Shown: piece after piece, positions 61,702 to 64,000 of the stretch
How the letters are laid out: each line of letters begins with the position of its first letter
How positions within the stretch are numbered: the stretch's first letter is position 1
NCBI RefSeq assembly: GCF_009914755.1
Contig: NC_060935.1
Length of the DNA: 64,000 bases
Direction: 5' to 3' (one strand)
DNA from: the human T2T-CHM13v2.0 reference genome, Homo sapiens
The notes under the pieces: model-generated
Told to the model about the DNA's origin: nothing
Seen by the model: only the letters and a program-made list of their open reading frames with translations
The model's database searches: none
Position numbers and translations under genes: made by a program

Positions 61702-63623
61702 TCTAGAGGTAAACGGTTTCAGGTTCTATTCTGGTTCTTCCATTGACTTGCCGTGCAGCTTGGATAAAGTTGATGTAGCACTCTGAGCCTTAGCCTCCTC
61801 ATTTGTTAAAGGTGGGGAGGATAACACCCATATCCCTGCCCTGGGTTGTTGTAAGGGTTAAATGAGATAATACAAGTCAAGTATGTAGTATACAAGCACT
61901 TCATAAGTGTTAGTTGATGATGATGATGATGAAGATGATGGTAAAATCAAATATATTAATCTCTGATAGTGGGAAAGGAGAACAAAATCTGCTGAATTTT
62001 TCTCCTCTTTCTTGCAGGAAACAGATGATCACCTTCAAAGCTAATTTCTGGAGCTTTGTTATCCGACCTATGGCTCTTAATTAATGCTCTTTTTGCCCTG
62101 GTGGGCCATAGCACTCTGGGTGGGACACAGGGTCTCACTATGATCTGACTCTCTCTCATGCTCAGTTTCACCTTTAATGTGACACATTCACCCCTGCTGA
62201 TCTTCCTGACCTGCTGCTGGCCAGGAAGGATTCCTTGTGCAGTTTGGCCAAGCTTTCCTTAGCATGGGGTCTTGCTGCCTTATCTCAGGAGGCAACAAGG
62301 TGTACAGGAAAATATTTAACTTCTGCACAAAAAATATGTGGATTCAAATCCCAGATGTACCACCTCCTATCTGAATGGCTTTCTGCATACTAATACTTTT
62401 AGGCAAAAGACTTAATCACTCTGAGCCTCAGTTTTCCCTTCTGTAAAATAGAAATAATTAACGGTAATTTACCTAATAGAGCTATAATGCCTGGCATATA
62501 GTAGCAGCTGTTATCCATGTTAGTTTTTTTTTTTTTTTCTAAAAAGAAGACACTTTGGTTTTTCTTGTTCCCCTATCTGCAAGAAGTAGTTAAGAGTGAT
62601 GAGTGGGATGTAAGGTCTGAAGTAAAGAAAAGCACGGATGCTCACAGTGGGCTTTGGAAGAGGAAGGCTATGGGGAAAGTTTTGGAGTTGGGTTGGAGGT
62701 CCCCAGTCTCATGTGCACACCCAGGGCTGATCCTAGGGCTGTTCCTTGTCCTAGTTTAGGGCCTTGGTTGTGCACATTCACATGCACTCCCTGACAGGCC
62801 TTGCTTTCCAAGATCCTGCCCTGCAGCCTTTAGCTCTGCTTTGCACCTGATCCCTGCTCAGGTGTTTCCAAAGGGCTGAGTCATTCATGCAGCACCACAT
62901 GGAAGTAAGTGGAGGGCCCTGGAGCTCCTGATGCCTGCCATTTTCAGGGAGGAAGTTAGAGGCCTGCCGGGAACAAGTTTGGACGCTGGCTTATTACCTT
63001 TCCTGTTCTAACCAGTCAGGCAGTTAAATTAATTGAGTGTCTATCATGTGGAAAGTATGCACCGGATGCTGTTGGGAGGGGATGCCTGTCTTCCTTGTTG
63101 AAAAGCTCATAGACCATCAGGAAGTTAGGACACACACCAGAAAAGTCAGAACATAGAATTGACGTTTCATTACTGAGTGTATTTTTATGGACACTTCCTT
63201 CCTCCTCTCTACAGGGAGGGGAAGCTGAGCTGGGGCTGAGGCTGGAGGTGCTGATGGGAGTTGGATGACCCTCAGCAGGAAAGCTTTTCCAAGGAACATT
63301 AACTCAGGTAGGGTTTGGAGCCACACAGGGACACAGAATGTTGAAAAGGAGGGGACCAGGGTGTTGCAGAAGGGACAGAGGCATTTGCAAAGATGTAGAA
63401 GCAGGACCTATACAACAGATTATGAGCCCATTGATGTAGCTGGAGCAGGTCATCTTTGAGGCAATAACAATGATGAGTCTGTGAATTTGTCTTGGGGAGA
63501 AGTGGCAGGCAGGGGCAAGGAGCTGAGAGCAGGTTGAATGGAAAAGCATTCGCCTACATCTGGCTGGAGAACGTTTTTACAGGGGCTTGAGATAAACTAC
63601 CCTCTACCCTGAGTAGGTTCATG

Positions 63624-63670
63624 GTGTGTGTGTGTGTGTATGTGTGTGTGTGTGTGTGTGTGTGCGTGCA
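63624..63670. repeat. (TG)n microsatellite
   Basis: Directly visible. Confidence 0.95.
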
Positions 63671-64000
63671 TATGTTTGGTTTGGTTGGGATGGGTGGTGA
63701 ATTACTTAAAACTCTTTGATTGTAAGCAACAGAAACCAAATTGAGATAGCTTAAAGCAAAAACTTCTAAGGCTAGAAGACTTTTGAAGTTGTTCTCATGG
63801 CAAAACCAGTTTTTGCTCAAATTATGTGTTTATCTGGGGATGGATTGGGGACATAGATGGAGCTAATGGGTCAGATAGAGTCACCAGTCCTTCTGCTACC
63901 TCAAAGCCACTCTCTAGGCTTCTTTCTCCCACTCCTGTCTGCTTCTCTCTATGTGTCTGCATCACTCTGAAGCCCACCTTCCTTTGCACCTTAGAGCAGA

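Overview
Human/great-ape genomic DNA (dense Alu, L1PA, MIR, L2, MER and MLT repeats). I found no protein-coding exon of a host gene; almost all ORFs in the track are repeat-derived or random. A CpG-island promoter at ~18.2-18.8 kb looks like the 5' end of a + strand gene or lncRNA with non-coding first exons and a long first intron; I cannot name the gene. Upstream is a weakly CpG-rich element with two co-oriented CTCF motifs (8.4 and 9.0 kb). Downstream are a full-length decayed RPS27A (ubiquitin-S27a) retrocopy (41.0-41.6 kb) and a nested transposon stack (LTR > MER44 > L1PA6-like > L1PA2-like, plus a trimeric Alu; 51.2-60.5 kb). The most unusual signals are molecular scars: a lone L1 5'UTR joined to an antisense AATAAA and poly(A) tail (candidate retrocopy of an L1 antisense transcript), an ~880 bp insert between 52-bp direct repeats with A/T tails at both ends, and several fold-back templated insertions. 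I see no evidence for a new protein-encoded system. Repeat subfamily calls rest on remembered consensus sequences and repeat boundaries are approximate.
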